Below are positions 38,960-52,619 of a stretch of 64,000 bases of DNA, in pieces. Source of the stretch: Girardia tigrina (Eukaryota); NCBI GenBank assembly GCA_001938485.1, contig MQRK01243288.1:1-64000 (forward strand), written 5' to 3'. Each line of letters opens with the position of its first letter. Within the stretch, counting starts at the first letter, position 1. Both the position numbers and the translations under genes were made by a program. A model generated the notes under the pieces. That model searched no databases, was not told the origin of the DNA, and was given only the letters and a program-made list of their open reading frames with translations.

Positions 38960-40124
38960 GAAACGCAGCATCCATTGTGATCCATAACCTCCTTTTACCC
39001 ACTCTTAAGGCACAAATCGTCGTTTTACAAGACACTGGAGTCTCGAACCGTCCAATTGCTCTGCAATTCAATATTAGCCGCGCTGCAGTAGCCGACACTC
39101 TCCGCCTTCATCAAGTCAGCGGCGCCTTAGCCTATACAAAACGCAGTGGAAGGCCGCGTATCACAAGCAAGGTGACAGATCGAGCCATTTTGAGATCCTG
39201 CAAGACCAATCCATTTGATGGTTCAAGCTGATATTTCAGCTAACATTGATAAATTGCATATCGCACGAACCATTCGTCGACGTTTGGTTGAAGGAGGCTT
39301 TCGATCGTACAAACCTGCCAAGAAGCCGCGTTTATCATCGAAGAATATTCGTAATAGGCTCGCGTTTGCAAAAGCTTACCAATATTGGACAGTGGATCAA
39401 TGGCGTTCGGTAATGTTCAGTGATGAAACCACAATCTGTAAGCAAGGCACATGGATTCACACTGTGCACCGGCCGCGTGGTCAATGCTTTAGGCTACAGT
39501 ATACTGTTTCCACTGTTCGGAGTGCGCCGAAAGTTATAATTTAGGGCGTAATTGCTTCCAGAGGTCACTATGGTCTTTTGTTCTGTCCCAAGGGAACTAC
39601 TATCACTTCGCCTGTGTACAACAGCATTCTTCGCGATAATGTCCAACGCTTCCTTCAAAAGCGTCAGTGCAATTATTTTTAACATGACGGGGCTCCATGC
39701 CATGAATCGCGAATAAACAAAGACTGGTTAGAAGCAAACGAGATCAACGTTTTGGGTCCATGACCTGACAACAAACCTGATTTATCGCCAATTGAAAATT
39801 GTGGGAGAATAGTGAAAGAAAAAGGTGCTAAGCATGCCTCCACATCATATGATCACCTACTTGACGTCATTAAAACTGATTGGGTACAGGAGATCAGTCC
39901 CTAACTCACTGACAATCTAATTGCTGCGCCGATTGGCAGGAGTGATTAATGCAAAAGGTGGCCATACAAAGTACTATTGGAAGAGTGTTTGAACTGTGCA
40001 TCCATGTCTGTATTCTTCTTATAATTTATATGTACTGAATATATCCTTATTACTTCGTTACAATATCAGTTATTCAAAAATATCTGTATTTTTAGGGGTG
40101 GGTGGTGAATTGTGGTAACAACTG
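38960..40124 (+). mobile_element. Tc1-like element with DD35E spacing, inactivated; left TIR not found
   Basis: RSGRPRIT, ARTIRRRL, VMFSDET, and HDGAPCH...VLGP*PDNKPDLSPIEN with 35 codons between D and E. KGGHTKY at the C-terminus. Right end CAACTG followed by TA. Confidence 0.9.
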
Positions 40125-41199
40125 TATATATAATAAATACAACATTTGCAAATCATATAAAGCCTGAATGTTTAATAATATATGACTCACTATACGTATT
40201 TGTGGCTAATAACTTTCTTGGCGCCTTTCCAATGTTTATATATCAGCACTGATTCAGCAGCGTAGGAATTTCTTACTACATCGATGGCATAATAAATGAA
40301 TGACACAATTTCATGTGTAATTACCACATATATGTAAAAGGTAAATAAACAATTCATTTGGTGGGGGAACCTTTTAAAAGATTTCATAAAATGAATATTA
40401 CTTTCGTATTCTACATAAAGAAACTCATCTCATACACGTATGCCAATTTGGAAACAGTGAAAAAAATTTTTATCATAACCCTAATATATATATATATATA
40501 TAAATTTACTCTCTTTTCGATAAAGTTTTTTGAATTATTTTCTAATTTAAATAAACTTTTACTTGGAATAACTTTTTTCTTTTAGTTATTAACCATAAAA
40601 AATATATCTATTAAATTTATTTCACATTTTCACAATAAATTAATTTAAAAATTCAAAACTTTATAAAGTAAATAAAGTAAAATTTTCTAATATTTCCAGG
40701 AGAACACTTTAATTTATTGACCATTAAAACTGATTTGGGATTTGATTATTTACTTCGATTCCAGCTTGATTTTATATTTTAGAAAATTTCTAGATTTAGT
40801 TCAACAGAATCATTTAATGTACATTGGACTCGCCAAACAAAATACCCCATAAATACCGACAAGGATCTGTTCTCTATGAGTAATTTAGGAATGAATATTT
40901 GGAAACAAGTAAATACTCCAATACACTTAACTTTGTCAGAAAAATGACAATTATTCTTGTTTTAATGATCCCCATTTTGGAAATGTTTTCATCAAACTTT
41001 GAATCATTTGTATTATAATTACAATAATTGTAATTATTAATTTAATTTATTTAATTATTATATATTAGGGGTAAATCTTTATTTTACTCACAAAGTTTTA
41101 ATTCAAATTATTTATTAATAAAATAAATAAGAGCAAATATAAATATAATTCATTAGAACTAGTTAACTAATAAAATATAATAAGAAATATAATAAACTA

Positions 41200-41430
41200 A
41201 TAATAAGAAAGAAAGACTCATACTTAGGAGTTTAAATTATGATTAAATTCGAAGAATCAAAGCCTTCATGATTTGAGTATTTAAGAAGAGGATTTGCAAG
41301 AATATAGGTAATGACAAAGTGGCTTTAATGACATCCAACGTTCAAAGTTTTTTCTCAAATAAATTTAAAACTATTTTTTGATTGATAAATTTTATTGTCA
41401 CGGGTGAAAAAATCATACATTAGAAATAGA
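41200..41430 (+). mobile_element. Penelope-like fragment, family B
   Basis: Aligns with about 32350-32545 (TTGCAAGAATATAGGTA..AATGACATC..AAATTT.ATTGTCAC.GGTG). Confidence 0.7.
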
Positions 41431-42469
41431 ATGTACTACTTGTCACTATGTGGTGTGGCCTGGAAACTAAAGTCACCTTCACTAGGTCAAATCAGTAGAC
41501 GAAACTTAACGGTCCGGAAATCCTGTCTGTAGTATTACAAAACTTACTGAAACTGAAACAAGGAGTCTGACAGTCACTATCAATAATCTTCAGACAAGTT
41601 CCAGCGAAACAAGGACCAAACTCGGAAGAATGAAAGTGAAAACCTAGAACATTAAAGGTATCATGGTTGACAAACAGAAACAACTTTTTTCAATCAGTGG
41701 AGAATTATCCACAGTGGTATTAAAACTAGGTGACGCATTGTGGAAGGAATTGGTCTGTTGAAAGATCTGACAAAAACGACTTTGAACCAGGTAATGATCA
41801 ACTTTTTATTTATAGGTACAAGTACAATCTTAGTACAATTATTGTACAATCACCTTCACATTACAATTATTGGAGTATGTACCCCAATGATTAGTGGGTT
41901 CTAACAAGTGAAAGATTGAATTTTATCAACAATTCTAGAGCATTTCAGGAAAGAACATGAAGGTTAAAAGTGTCCCACACTGACAGAAATAACAACCACG
42001 AAGAATACCTAGGAAAACGCATAATTCTTCAAATGTTATTGCTGTAAAAACACTTTTATAACAAAGAGGTAGCTAATGAGACATGTCAATAAGGATCATA
42101 AACTAGATACAGCCAAAATTATCAGCATTTCATAGGATCAAATAGAGTAAATCAACCAAATCAGCAGCACAATTAATGAAGCTAACCAAAATACCAAAGA
42201 TATTCCAGAAACACAAAATCATTTAGCAACGAAACCTCAAACCATCTCTACAATGTTGCCGAAGAAACGTATTTGTCTTTTAGGATCACAGATTTATCTG
42301 TGAGAGTACAATTGTTCTTTCGCGGTTGTATCAATTCCACAAATACAACCAAAAGCATACAGAAGCATGGAAATACAATCCATGAGTGGTTTTTTCTTTC
42401 AGGGAAGTCGTAAAAATCTCGGAGACCGACGCAATCCAATCCTGTGTCACACATATCGAGAGGTTGTTA

Positions 42470-42827
42470 AATACTTTTTAGTTTGGGTGGACCTGCTACA
42501 GAGCCTATAGGCTCAATGACATTGAAAGAGATTGTAAGCCTTCATTGGAGAGAAATCGTCATCTCTACACCCAACTTCGTGGGCATTCACAATCGAGTCG
42601 ATTGAGTAAAGTTCTTGATCATTGGTTACATAGTTTAAAAAAAATAGAATATTCTAAAAATAGAATATTTTCTATTTCAAAAGATGAGTTTTCTGTTTTA
42701 CAGAAAGTTTTTGATTCACAATATGTGAGACAGTTCTGTGAATCATTTTTGATAAGACACTACAACCAATTAATAAACATTCAATATGGACAAAGTAAAG
42801 CCGTTTCAAATCTTAAAAAATTTAATG

Positions 42828-42830
<3 letters not shown>
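42470..42830 (+). mobile_element. Penelope-like fragment, family B, with shared insert
   Basis: SKVLDHWLH..RQFCESFLIRHYNQLINIQ, preceded by the same GC-rich insert as 27611-27707. Confidence 0.82.
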
Positions 42831-42874
<44 letters not shown>

Positions 42875-42945
42875 NNNNNNNNNNNNNNNNNNNNNNNNNN
42901 NNNNNNNNNNNNNNNNNNNNNNNNNNNNNNNNNNNNNNNNNNNNN

Positions 42946-42976
<31 letters not shown>

Positions 42977-45900
42977 CGAAAAAATTATTTTCCTGCTTCA
43001 AATAATATATTTATTTTTATATTTGACGCTTATAATGAATAATGAAAATCTGACATAAATTTTTGAAATAGTACGATTAAACGTGAAAGCTACATTACCG
43101 CCGATGAGGTTTGTTACGTGTCATAGAACAATCGCAAAGGGTCCCACAAGCATGGTAACCATTTGTACAGGGTTTCCCTTTACCAAAAAGACTGAAAAAC
43201 ACTGATATATATATTATCAAGTTTAATTGCTATTATTATTTTATTTATATTTATAGGATTTAGTAAAACAATTAAAGCGCTTTTGCGGGTAGAATAATTG
43301 ATAATAATAATCAATTAATAATAAATAATCAATTACGTAAGATCACAGTTGATAGTCAGAAGAGATCTGAAAACTGATCTTAATTTATTTAAAAGCAAAC
43401 TTCTCAAAACTTTCAAAGTTTGATCTTGATTAGCAGTCCAATTAGATATCAAGATTTATTTAAAGCCATCTGTCATAAATTAATCTCTTCTTAATAAGAT
43501 ATTCTCCATTCCAAGCAAAAATAAAGAAGCACCGTTGATTTTTATCATTATTTTCGATTCTAGTGTCGCTGACAAAGATGGAATAAGTTACCCAGTCTCA
43601 AGAACGCTAATCATCCCTTGACATCATAAAACTGTTCATCCATTTCATAAATTTATTCAACAATCCCCAATTCATTTTCCTTGAACAATCGACAATTTGT
43701 TTCATCCTCTCAAAAATAGAAAATAATAAATATTTGTAAAACAAAAACATTTAATTCTATTGTGTAAATATTTATATTTTAATAAATTAAGTTTATTACT
43801 AGAAATTATAAGAAACGATATTTTTATTAAATTTGTATAAATTTACTATTTAAAATGTTTTAGTTTATAGCGTCATTTTGTGTAAATAAATTGTGATTTT
43901 GAATCTTTTCATTACGATTTATATCACGGTCCGGTCATTTTATTATTCCTGTTAATACTTTGATATGATACTTAGAAGGTTTAATAAAATGATCACTATT
44001 TTTAATACTCGTTTTATTATATAACTACAACTAGTACCACATGAATTATGCTTCCAAAATGCTTACAAACCGGTAACACAGCCTATAAGCTATGACTATA
44101 TTATACACTAAACATAAATAGGTTATATAGTACTTATTAATATAAAATAAATACATTTTATTTATTTATTTAGTGATTTCTCTTTTTTCCCTTTTTTCCC
44201 TCGGGAGAACCACCATTTGTCGGTCGCTCCCACATCGTAAAAAAAGAAAAAAAAGAAGAATTCAAAAAAAGAGATTATAATTGATAAAAGTATTATTATA
44301 AAAAAAAACAATAAAAAATAATATAAAAAGTCAATAATTAAATAATCAAGATAATTACTTACCGTTGAATAGTCCAAAAAATCCTATACCAACTAATTAA
44401 CAATCTCAATCATTTCTGGTCTAGCACTGTTTGCCTCCACTGGACTCAAACTTGTAGTTTGAAGTCGTGAAGAGCCAGCTGGAAAAAATTTCTGAGACAC
44501 CGTTGATACTCAGTCAACATCTAATGGAAAATTCTCATTTCATGTCACTTTTAGTTAGCCAATGCTGGAAAGAAAGTTCAGAAGAATCCAGTTCCAGCGA
44601 TCTTCAATACCGACCATTTCCTATACGATCAACCGCCGAACTGATGTTCTATCGAGAGACTTTCCAGTACCATAGATTCGAAAACCATTTGTCTTGTCCT
44701 TTCACCGACAATGTCTTATACGACTAACCTCCGAATTGATCTTCGATTCCTGTGCCATAAATTCGAAAACCGTTATCTACGGACATTTTTATAATTGTAC
44801 CTCAAGTGATTTAAACTAGGTTGGTCTTGTCATGCCTCATAAAGATTGTTATTAGGTGTTTTTTTAATAATCATAATTATATATTTCAAGTAAAAAATTG
44901 CTCATCAAATGCGTTGTTTTGTTTTAATCGAATTATCTTTAAATACTTTTTGAACACCCTACACATATTTATTCAATTTATGATACCTTTTACAGATTGA
45001 GTTTTATCTTAATTTTGTTATTATGTTTAAATATTTGAATAAAATTCAATAAAATATTTAATTATGTTCATAAATACGATAAATGAGAAATTGACAAAAC
45101 GATTTATTAGAATATTTGATGGACCATATGTTGAGACAGACACGTTCATTTACCAAAAAGTACCTTCGGATTGATATCTGAATGTCTTTTAATATTCCTT
45201 CAAAGCATTTTCACATGGAAGGATGTTAGAATTCGATTCCGAATGTTCTAGTTGAAAATTGGTTTCAAAGTTTTATTAGAAAAAAAATATTAAAAATTAA
45301 ATTATTTTTTCTAAATATATAATTGTTTTGGAAAATTAATGGTTAAACATGATATGATGAAGTGACTAAACACAATTTTCTTTACTATTATTGTTCGGTT
45401 CGATATCAAAAGTTGAAGTCATATCACCAAAATTATATTAATATAACACAATAACATATTTTTCGAACAAAGTTTCGTAGAACAATTTTTTGTACAAAAC
45501 ACTTGCTACGTTAAAATGAAACATAAATACGAATATTTAATTTGTTATTCCTTTTTTTTGGAATTTCAAAATTCGTTTTACACCAATACTTTATAAAAAT
45601 TTTATCTCTCGAAATCTCCTTGAAATTCGTCCACCTAAATCCATTAAAAAAATTTTCCCACTGGAAATTTTACAATTATAAAGTTTTAATTTTAATCTTT
45701 AAATATATATTTTCTTTTATTTTAAAAAAATCTTTACTAAACTTTTTCAAATTTATCATTATAAAATTTTCATGTCAAAAAATCATAAACTTAACTTTTT
45801 CTTTTTTTGTTATTATAAAATTTCATTTTAACAAATTTTCATTTTTTATAATAATTATTTTATAATAATAAAATTATTATTTTAGATTTTAATTTTAAAA

Positions 45901-46080
45901 TATTTTCAACCCTAAAATTTCCCCATGTTTTAATTTATAATGATATTTTTTTAATATTTTCAAAATTAATTTTGAAAGATTTTAAATACTGAAATTAAAA
46001 AAATTTTGTGAGCTCCTCAAAATCTTAACATGTATTATTATTACTATTATTATTATTACTTTAATGATTATTTATCGAGA

Positions 46081-46350
46081 TTTTTCAATTTTATATTTTT
46101 CCAGTCTTTCTATTTTATTTTTCTATCTATAACGTGTGTGTAAGTATTTATTAAAACATATAAATGTAATTTATAATTTTTTTCTCGATTAAAACTAAAC
46201 AATATTTTCATTATTAATATTTATATTTTAATTATTATCCATTAATATTTTTTTCAATTTTATATTTTTCCAGTCGATTTATTGTATTTTTTTCTAAGTG
46301 TGTGTGTGTGCGCGCGTATGTATTAAAACAAATAATTGTAATTTATAAAT
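46081..46350 (+). repeat. Local tandem duplication (about 170-bp period)
   Basis: TTTTTCAATTTTATATTTTTCCAGTC..GTGTGTG..TATTAAAACA..TGTAATTTATAA occurs at 46081 and again at about 46250. Confidence 0.75.
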
Positions 46351-46439
46351 TGATTTTTAAAACCAAAATAAAACAATAATTTTATTTTTTTATTAATTCC
46401 AAATGATTCTCATTATTTAAATCATTGTTTTTAATTATC

Positions 46440-47030
46440 AGACCGACAAAGCTAGATTTTTACAAAAAACCAAAATTAATCCAAACCAATTAATTCCAAA
46501 CCGTCATCGCGAGAGACGAATTCAATAGCAATTGTAAATTTTAGAAGAACAATCAAAAACAGAACACGAACAAAGGAATTCATAATTTTTTTTGATAAAA
46601 CTACGTTTTTTCCCCTTTCTATTTCTCTATTTTATCCTTTTATCATTTTAAAAGATGATGGTATGTTGGTAATTCAGTTTGGCATTTTGTCATTGGATTT
46701 CGTTGAGAAGCATCATTATAAATGTGTCGGATCAATACCCTACTCGACAAAACCAAAATTGGTAGATAAATCAAGACAACATCAATACCGGCTTGACACA
46801 ATCAGCTTTGAAGTGACTTGCTACCGAATTTTTGTTTTAAAAAGCGGGATGATAACACCGCTCCAATCCCACAGCAAGAAAAACAACAACACGGGACGAG
46901 AAAGAACAACACTAAAATTCTTCTAGACTTGTTTTAAGAACGGGGGATAGCTATATACCGAAGAGTGTGTTCTGTTCCCTTAACAGTTTGACTGGTTTAA
47001 CACATGTCGCTCATATCACTATGATTTCTT
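46440..47030. promoter_or_regulatory. Candidate cis-regulatory island
   Basis: Unique GC-richer stretch between very AT-rich flanks, with CTTTGAAG at about 46806. No credible ORF. Confidence 0.25.
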
Positions 47031-47502
47031 TTAATTCTCTAATTTTATTTTAATTAACTTTCATTTAATGTATATTTTCCTAATTTTTTTTGTGGGTTAA
47101 TATTTCTGTTCGATTTCTATTGTTTAGATTTGAGTGATTTTGCTTGTCATCGTTATTAATTTTTTAATTATTTTTTTTGGAAAATTAAAACAAAAATTAA
47201 CAGTTATTTTATTGATTTTTTTTGGGGGTAGCTGACAAAAAAAATGATTTTTTTATTAAAATTTATAAATATATTAAATGCAATTTTATTTACAAAAGTG
47301 AATTATTAATCAACATGATTAAAACTTTCATTAATTCGGTAATAAATTAAAAATTTCTGGCAGGTTAAAATTTTAAATCTATTAAGAACATTAATTGGGT
47401 TTTCTTTACATTTATTTATATCACAATTTGAATTGCCACTAGAACAATTCTCCGTAAAACTTGCGTAGCTCGTCATCGTTCTTGATTGATAATCTTTAAT
47501 AA

Positions 47503-47786
47503 TATTCTTTAACGTCTTATTATTCAAACAAATTAAAATTACAATTTAATTATTACAAAAAATAATTTATACTTTAAATTTAAAATAATTTTTATTTATT
47601 TTAAGAAAATATTATTTATGAAATTTTTGTTTAATTTTGTGATTATTAAAATTTTAATAATTAATTAAACAACTCGACGTTTTAAAATATTTAAAATATC
47701 AATCTTCCATCTGGTGGGAGAAACACAATCCTAAAACAACATACCAAACAACACCAAATGAACACCATTCAAAAATATTCCTCACA
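47503..47786 (-). mobile_element. Solo LTR (same subfamily as 22374)
   Basis: Minus-strand start TGTGAGGAATATTTTT, CAGATGG at 47707-47713, and a 3' end homologous to 22690-22716. TSD not preserved. Confidence 0.7.
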
Positions 47787-47893
47787 ATATCGAAAAAGTT
47801 ACTTGTCAAATTTTAGATAAAATATTTAATGAGTCAATTAATGGTGGTAATTAAAATCTTGATATAATGTGATAAAAACATCAACAAAAAATA

Positions 47894-47943
<50 letters not shown>

Positions 47944-48110
47944 CATTAATTATGAAAAACCTTATTCCAAATATGGTTAAATTCATGGTATGTTTAATAA
48001 TTAATCCCCAACATCTCTTTATTTTATATATAAAATATATTTATATTCGTAAGGGATGTAATAGTCAATAAGATAATGTGAGAAATATTGCCAACATAAT
48101 TTAAAATGTA

Positions 48111-48910
48111 ACTAGTAAATCAAAATATTAAATTTTTATATCCATTCTTTATGCAGACAGAACTCAACTTTGCCAACAAAGTTTCAATTAAAACAACAAA
48201 TTAAAAAAGACAATATAAATTAATATAAACTACTTATAATTTATAAGTAAATCTTTTTCAATTAATATTGTTCTGAAACTCCGAATTTTCCCCTTTTTTC
48301 CATTTTAGGACCTTAACAAGTTTTTTTTATAAAATTTTCACATAATCATTTATTGTCATCGAGAATGAGTAAGTGTGCAAAGTTTAAAAAAAGTTGATTG
48401 AGTAAATGGCCTTCAAAAATAGGTTTCTAAATTCAACGAATANNNNNNNNNNNNNNNNNNNNNNNNNNNNNNNNNNNNNNATATATATATATATAAAGTA
48501 AGCTAATAAAAAGAATGGAAAAACTAGTAAATTAAAAAATTAAAATTTTTATATCCATTCTTTATGCAGACAGAATTCTACTTTGCCGACAAAGTTTTTA
48601 ATATTTAAAAAATTTAAGATTAAAAATATTTTAATTAAAAAATCACAATAAAATTAATATAAACTACTTATAATTTATAAATAGAAATCTTACAAACAAT
48701 ATTGTTCGGTAACTCCGAATTTTCCGTTTTTTCCCATTTTGGGATCTTAAAAAGTTTTTTCGATCATATTTTCACATAATCATTTATTGCCATCGAGAAT
48801 GAGTAAGTGAGCAAAGTTTGAAGAAAATTGATTTAGTAAAAAACCTTTAAAAACAGGTTTCTAAATTCCATGGATATATATAGAAAGTAAGCTAATAAAA
48901 AGAATGGGAT
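48111..48910 (+). mobile_element. Head-to-tail dimer of the DINE-1/Helentron-associated-like repeat
   Basis: Units 48111-48522 and 48523-48910. Each runs ACTAGTAAA...AAGTAAGCTAATAAAAAGAATGG, and the two are diverged from each other. Confidence 0.8.
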
Positions 48911-50767
48911 AAAATCGAAGAAAATAATTTTCAAATTCTGTGTAATCAATTAACAAAAGATTAGAAGAAAGTGATGTACGACACATTATTAACATTTTCA
49001 AACATAACGTTAATAACATGATTTATCACATAATCAACCAACATATTCTAAGTTTTAAAAAATAAAGTCTGACGAAAGCACCGGGTGATTTGCTGAAATT
49101 ACAGCGTGACGCATAGGGATGCGAAAAAGGGTCGAACGCGATATTTTTGTATGCAATGCGTTATTAACCGTATTTTTCGTGAGAACGAGTGACTTATATG
49201 CTCTCTTTTAACATAAATTTTAGGTAACATGCAGGTTTTTCTTCTTTAAGAATCAATTTTTCCAAATCATTTATTATAGTTAGTCAGCCAAAGTCTCTAA
49301 AACACACGTGTAAATCATTCTAAAATAGTAAAATTAAAAAAAAGACATCAGGGAAAAGCCAAAGTCTGGACAGTTATTTGATGTACACGTGGAATCATAT
49401 AGAATGTAATTGACCGCTACCATGGCGTCAGCTTGAATCAAGGGGCTAAAGATTTAAAATTCACGCAAAAATTTTTCAAACGATTGTTTGGAACGGTCTT
49501 GGACTAAAACTTTATGGATTGCTCAGAGGACCGTTCTTTACCGATCAAGAAATAAAAACATTAAAAATGGTTTTCAAGTTTTTTACAATTAATAATAAAA
49601 TCCATAATTTGTTTCTTAACCAGTTATGACAATGGATTATTTTATCTGAGACTGAAAGATATTATGGACGTAAAACTAGTTAAAAGCTTCTTTAAATTTC
49701 ACACTTCATTAAAGTCTCACTCATACATTAGTAAAACTAATTAGACATTAGAAGTGCTTTACGGTATAAACGGGCCTCGCAACATATTGTATTGTTAGCA
49801 TATATAATATACGGCAAAGGAACAATAATGTAACTGTCAACCAGTAGACAGGACCAGATGTCATTCAAATGTCCATCAGATGTCAAATTAATGACTAGTC
49901 TGAAAAAACGACATTCTTACCAGAATTATTTTAACTGTTGCTTCAGTACAAGGTATCTACGTGACAAGGTAATAATTTTATTAAAATAGATATTAAAGAG
50001 TTTTCGTAAAATATTTTTGAACAAAATTAGCGTGACACACTTCCAGACAAAATCATGTATACATATAGTTTTAGTAAGAATAATTAAATATAAAAAAACA
50101 AAAAAATAAAATATTAAATAAAGTATCCTGTAGTACAAAGAATAAAAAAGGAACATATTTTATGAAAAAAACAAATATATATCTTACAGATAATTAATTC
50201 GATCGAAACATGAAAATAATTGTTTTCCAGTGGTGCGGTGCTCACAGAATAAAATACGACACAAAGAAACAATTAAAATGTAATTGAAATTTTAAATGAT
50301 TCGTGATTTATAAATTTGTAATAATTGTTTTTTAATCGAATTAATGAACAGAAATTATGAAGAAAGATTTATGGCTTATAATTTGATGTTGTAAATAAAA
50401 ATGTTTTAAAATGTTGTTAGTTTCTTTGATACAATCACATTCTCCTTTTTATGAAGACTGATTTTGACCATCAGCAAAATATTGTACGTGGGTCAACTGC
50501 TATTACAGTCGTTGAGAGACGATTCGCTCGTACTATTTGCAAAGAAACAGAAGCTGAGATTTCAAGGCTTGCTAGTAAATTTATCGAAAACAAACGGAAA
50601 CGATTTTTCGCTCAGACTCGATCTCCGAATAGGGCTGCCTATCATAAAAACTCCACATAGTTATGTGGCCCAGAATGGAGCTCCAAATAAAGGATAGAGT
50701 AAGTAACAATTAGTTTCAAGAAACATACCTAATGTAAACAAGGGAAATTATGCATGATCCTGATATA

Positions 50768-51578
50768 TTAGGTTGTTGCAAAAGGAATGTAGGTTAATGA
50801 TTTTTTTTGTATATACCGCAATGTTATACGACTAAAACATATATGATGTTATGTAATGTATGATATGATTGTAAAAATAGAAATTTGGACGAGTTGCCAA
50901 ATCTCTATTTTTACTAATAAGCAAAAGTATTTAACGAATTTAAATTAGTAAAAATAAAAGAAAACAATTTGTGTAAATAAAAAAATAACCAAACAACAAA
51001 CTCTTTTAATCAAAAAAACAAAAACTGTACAAGTCAAACCTTGGTAAGTCATATTCTAATAATAGTAATTCCATGTCATAATAATCCCTTCAATTAATTG
51101 TCATTAATTATTTTTTTGTCGATCAATTATTCGATCGATTTTTTTTTAATTTTAAATTTAATATTGCCATAGGCAATATTTTATTCATTTTCGACTAAAA
51201 AAAATGTAAATAAAAAAAATAAGATCACATAACAAAAAAAATAATATCACACAAGGACATGCATAAGAAAATTCGTACAGAAAAAAAATAAATCAAAGTC
51301 TGGTTCATGATTTGATTCAAAACTCATTACATAAGGTCAAAATGATGAGTAAAAATAAAAATAATGATCAAATAATTACATAACTTAGTTACACACATAC
51401 ACACGTCACAAACAAAAAGAATCAGTAGGGCACTACAATGATGAGTCATTCAAAAAAAAGATGAGTTGGCAAAAATGTATTGATTGTGATGTTTTTTATT
51501 GCGATTAATAAAGTTTATTCTGTGCTGACTTACATTTGTTTAGATTCAAAAACCTACATTGCTTTTGCAGCAACTTAA
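50768..51578 (+). mobile_element. Non-autonomous mariner derivative with unrelated interior
   Basis: TIRs TTAGGTTGTTGCAAAAGGAATGTAGGTT / AACCTACATTGCTTTTGCAGCAACTTAA flanked by TA. The right end keeps WQKCIDCD.FY.D* and matches 15685-15780. Confidence 0.8.
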
Positions 51579-52619
51579 TAAATTGAATAATATTTTATTA
51601 TTTTCAAAGCAAAAAAGTTTCAAAGGTTTTTCTATAGAAGAAATATTACTTCTCGAGAAATAACTCTTTATCAATTAAAACGTTAAAGATTACAAGACAT
51701 TATATCTATTTATGGTACATGGAGTCCATGAAGGTGTACATATTTTATTTTGTGAAAACATTACACCTATCTCAAAGTTTGTAATGTTCTCAGGAACTCA
51801 TATTGATATCAAGTTTAAATACTTTACTCTTTCAGGATTTTCTAAAGATTTTAAAAATTCTAGCAACATAAAGAAAAGCAATTCTCAATTGGTTTCAATG
51901 TACTAAATTTGAGAAGTAAAAACCGCTGAAATGTTATGATACAATAATACAATTATACAAAAGGTCAGTATAAACAGGACATTGGTATTAATAACAATAT
52001 TTATTTAGTTTCGCACAAAACTGTTTAAATTTAAGTTCATACACATTTTCAATATTTACAATTCATATAAACATCGAGTATCTATCAGTGGTTGCCGAAA
52101 ATGATAGAATATTATTATTTTATTTTATCTAAATAAATCTTTTACCCTTTCTTAAAATTATCCGCGGAAAGTAAAGACTATCAATTTAAGAATGCATTGA
52201 AGTCTCTCATTTAAAATTAAGCTAAATTCTTCATAAGGTTGCTTTACTTCAACATATATTTAGATCTCTCTATTCTAGAAACTTTTCATTTTCTAAAGGT
52301 TAAGAGATTCAGAAATAATGATAAAGGTAAAAGTAATTAATGCCAGAATCATAAACTGATGGATCTTGCATATTTTCAGACTCCCTCACATAATTGGTTA
52401 AATATATATATACTATATCAATATATATTGGTTATAATATCACTGAATAAAATACAATAAGAGTTTTGAAAATAGTAATATTTTGTGTTTTATATATTTC
52501 AGCAAACACCAACATATTTATCAATACAAAAAAAGGTCCGATTGTGTCAACTATTTTTGTTAAAAGTAGAACAATGAGTTAATTCTAAAATTTTATTTAT
52601 CGCATAAAAAATATATGAT

